The notes under the pieces: generated by a model | What the model was told of the DNA's origin: nothing | The model's input: the letters and a program-made list of their open reading frames with translations, nothing else | Databases searched by the model: none | Assembly: GCF_006345805.1 (NCBI RefSeq) | Contig: NC_043000.1 | Location: 130,882,001-130,946,000 of the forward strand | DNA length: 64,000 nucleotides | Reading direction: 5' to 3' | Source: Octopus sinensis | Taxonomy: Eukaryota | Program-made: the position numbers and the translations under genes | Shown: one piece after another, positions 62,434 to 64,000 of the stretch | Numbering within the stretch: the first letter of the stretch is position 1 | How the letters are laid out: every line of letters starts with the position of its first letter

Positions 62434-64000
62434 TTGGGTCATCCCATAAATAATGTGTCTTATTCAATCACATGAACTAAAACCTGCATCAACTTGCTAT
62501 AAAATGTTTTTCTGCTGACGTCTTTTCTCAAGGTTCGTTTGATGACCCTGGTTAGCTCCCGTACTGAAAACTAAAGATAACTCATAAAATCAGATAAATG
62601 TTCCTGATACAGTAGCAACGCTCACGAAACAAAGATACCGCTTTGCACCAAGAATGGTACTCTTTTGCTCTTTTGCTTGTTTCAGTCATTTTGACTGCGG
62701 CCATGCTGGAGCACCGCCTTTAGTCGAGCAAATCGACCTCAGGACTTATTCTTTGTAAGCCTAGTACTTATTCTATAGGTCTCTTTTTACCAAACCGCTA
62801 AGTTACGGGGACGTAAACACACCTGCATCGGTTATAAAACTTTATAAAACTATAATTTTATCTTGTACTTATTCATAGTGTTAGTTTTAAAGAGTGCAGT
62901 TCGATTTTAACAGTTATATTTTCAAAGCTATAATGGAAGTGAGAAAGGAGCATATTCGGCATATTTTGCTTTATGAGTTCAATAATGGCATCAACGCAAC
63001 GGAAAGTGCGATGAATATTAATGTAGTATATGGGGATCGAACAATAAGCGCAAGCCAGTATCAACGACGGTTCCGGAAATTCCGAGCCGGAAACTACAAA
63101 CTATAAGACAAGCCCCGTCCTGGAAGATCTGTAGAGCTCGACGAGGACGTCCTGCAAACCCTGAGGGAACAAAATCCCAACATAATTGTTGAGGAACTAG
63201 CAGAGAAGCTTGGATTTGGTCATTCAATCATTCATCGACACCTGCGTGCAATCGGAAAAGTCAGCAAAATGGGTTAATGGGTTCTTCGCAAACTTTCCAA
63301 GTCTAATTGCGCGCAGGTACTGAATGTGTGTTCTTGTTTGCTGTCACGTCTCACGAATGAACCCATTTTGGACCGAATGGTGGACTGGTGGCGAGAAATG
63401 GGTTCTCTATAAAAATGTCAAGCGCCGAAGACAGTGGGTAGGGGAAGGAGAAACACCTGCACCCCAGGTTAAAGAAAGTCTTCACCCACGTAAAGTGTTA
63501 TCTGTTTGGTGGGATATGAAAGGTTTAGTCCACTTTGAACTTTTGAACCTAAACCAAACGATAACAGAGGAGATCTAATGCGAGCAGCTTGAGCGGCTTA
63601 AGTGAGCGCTAGTAGAAAAACGACCATCTTTGGTTTGAAGACGAAAGGTGTTCTTCCATCAGGATAATGCTAAGCCACATACAGCGAGGACGATATTCCA
63701 AAGAATGGAGCAGTTTGAATGGAAAACGATGTCCCACCCACCATATTCGCCGGACATTGCCCTATCTGATTATCATTTATTCCACAGTCTTCAAAATCAT
63801 ATGGATGGAAAAAATATGAATTCTGTAGACGAGGTTAGAACAGTACCGAAGGAGTATTTTTCGTCATGGGTAAGTGAATTTTGGAAGAAGCTGCCTAACA
63901 AGTCTACTAGATAGATTGAAGAGTATTGTAGAAAATGGAGAGTATATTTTAGATTAGAAAAGAACTTTGTTTATCTTAATTTTGAAAAATAAAAGAAGTA
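62434..64000 (+). mobile_element. Mariner transposon (runs off the window) with a nested SINE A fragment at ~62659-62833
   Basis: TA + TIR TTGGGTCATCCCATAAATAATG; transposase relic downstream. Confidence 0.8.
62932..63950 (+). pseudogene. Mariner D,D(34)D transposase pseudogene
   Basis: MEVRKEHIRHILLYEF, TGGEKWVLYKN, SVWWDMKG, FHQDNAKPH, HPPYSPDIALSDYHLF; several stops and frameshifts. Confidence 0.92.

Overview
AT-rich, microsatellite-dense eukaryotic DNA. The SINE families, Helitrons and (TA)n/(TATG)n load look like an Octopus (coleoid cephalopod) genome; this is pattern recognition, not a database result. No host protein-coding gene can be named. The window is a mosaic of transposable elements: several tRNA-derived SINE families with swappable heads and tails, CR1 and RTE LINE fragments, a Penelope-like (PLE) relic, many non-autonomous Helitrons, hAT/Tigger/mariner DNA elements, and a young 4.2-kb Gypsy-type LTR element (37344-41544). 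Highlights: (1) a fully canonical type I hammerhead ribozyme (minus strand, 23918-24016) inside a 251-bp element with perfect 57-bp inverted arms that begin next to the cleavage site, plus variant hammerhead-like motifs in other small fold-back elements; (2) the LTR element has near-identical U3/R regions but different distal (U5) ends, and a ~630-codon reading frame in which eroded pol motifs are fused without the RT catalytic core; (3) a 205-bp LTR-PBS mini-element with a 5-bp TSD; (4) two retro-insertions flanked by 230-283-bp direct duplications; (5) minus-strand splice signals, including a textbook recursive (AG|GTAAGT) site and a Kozak-started 39-codon exon, hinting that the window is largely intronic to an unidentified gene.
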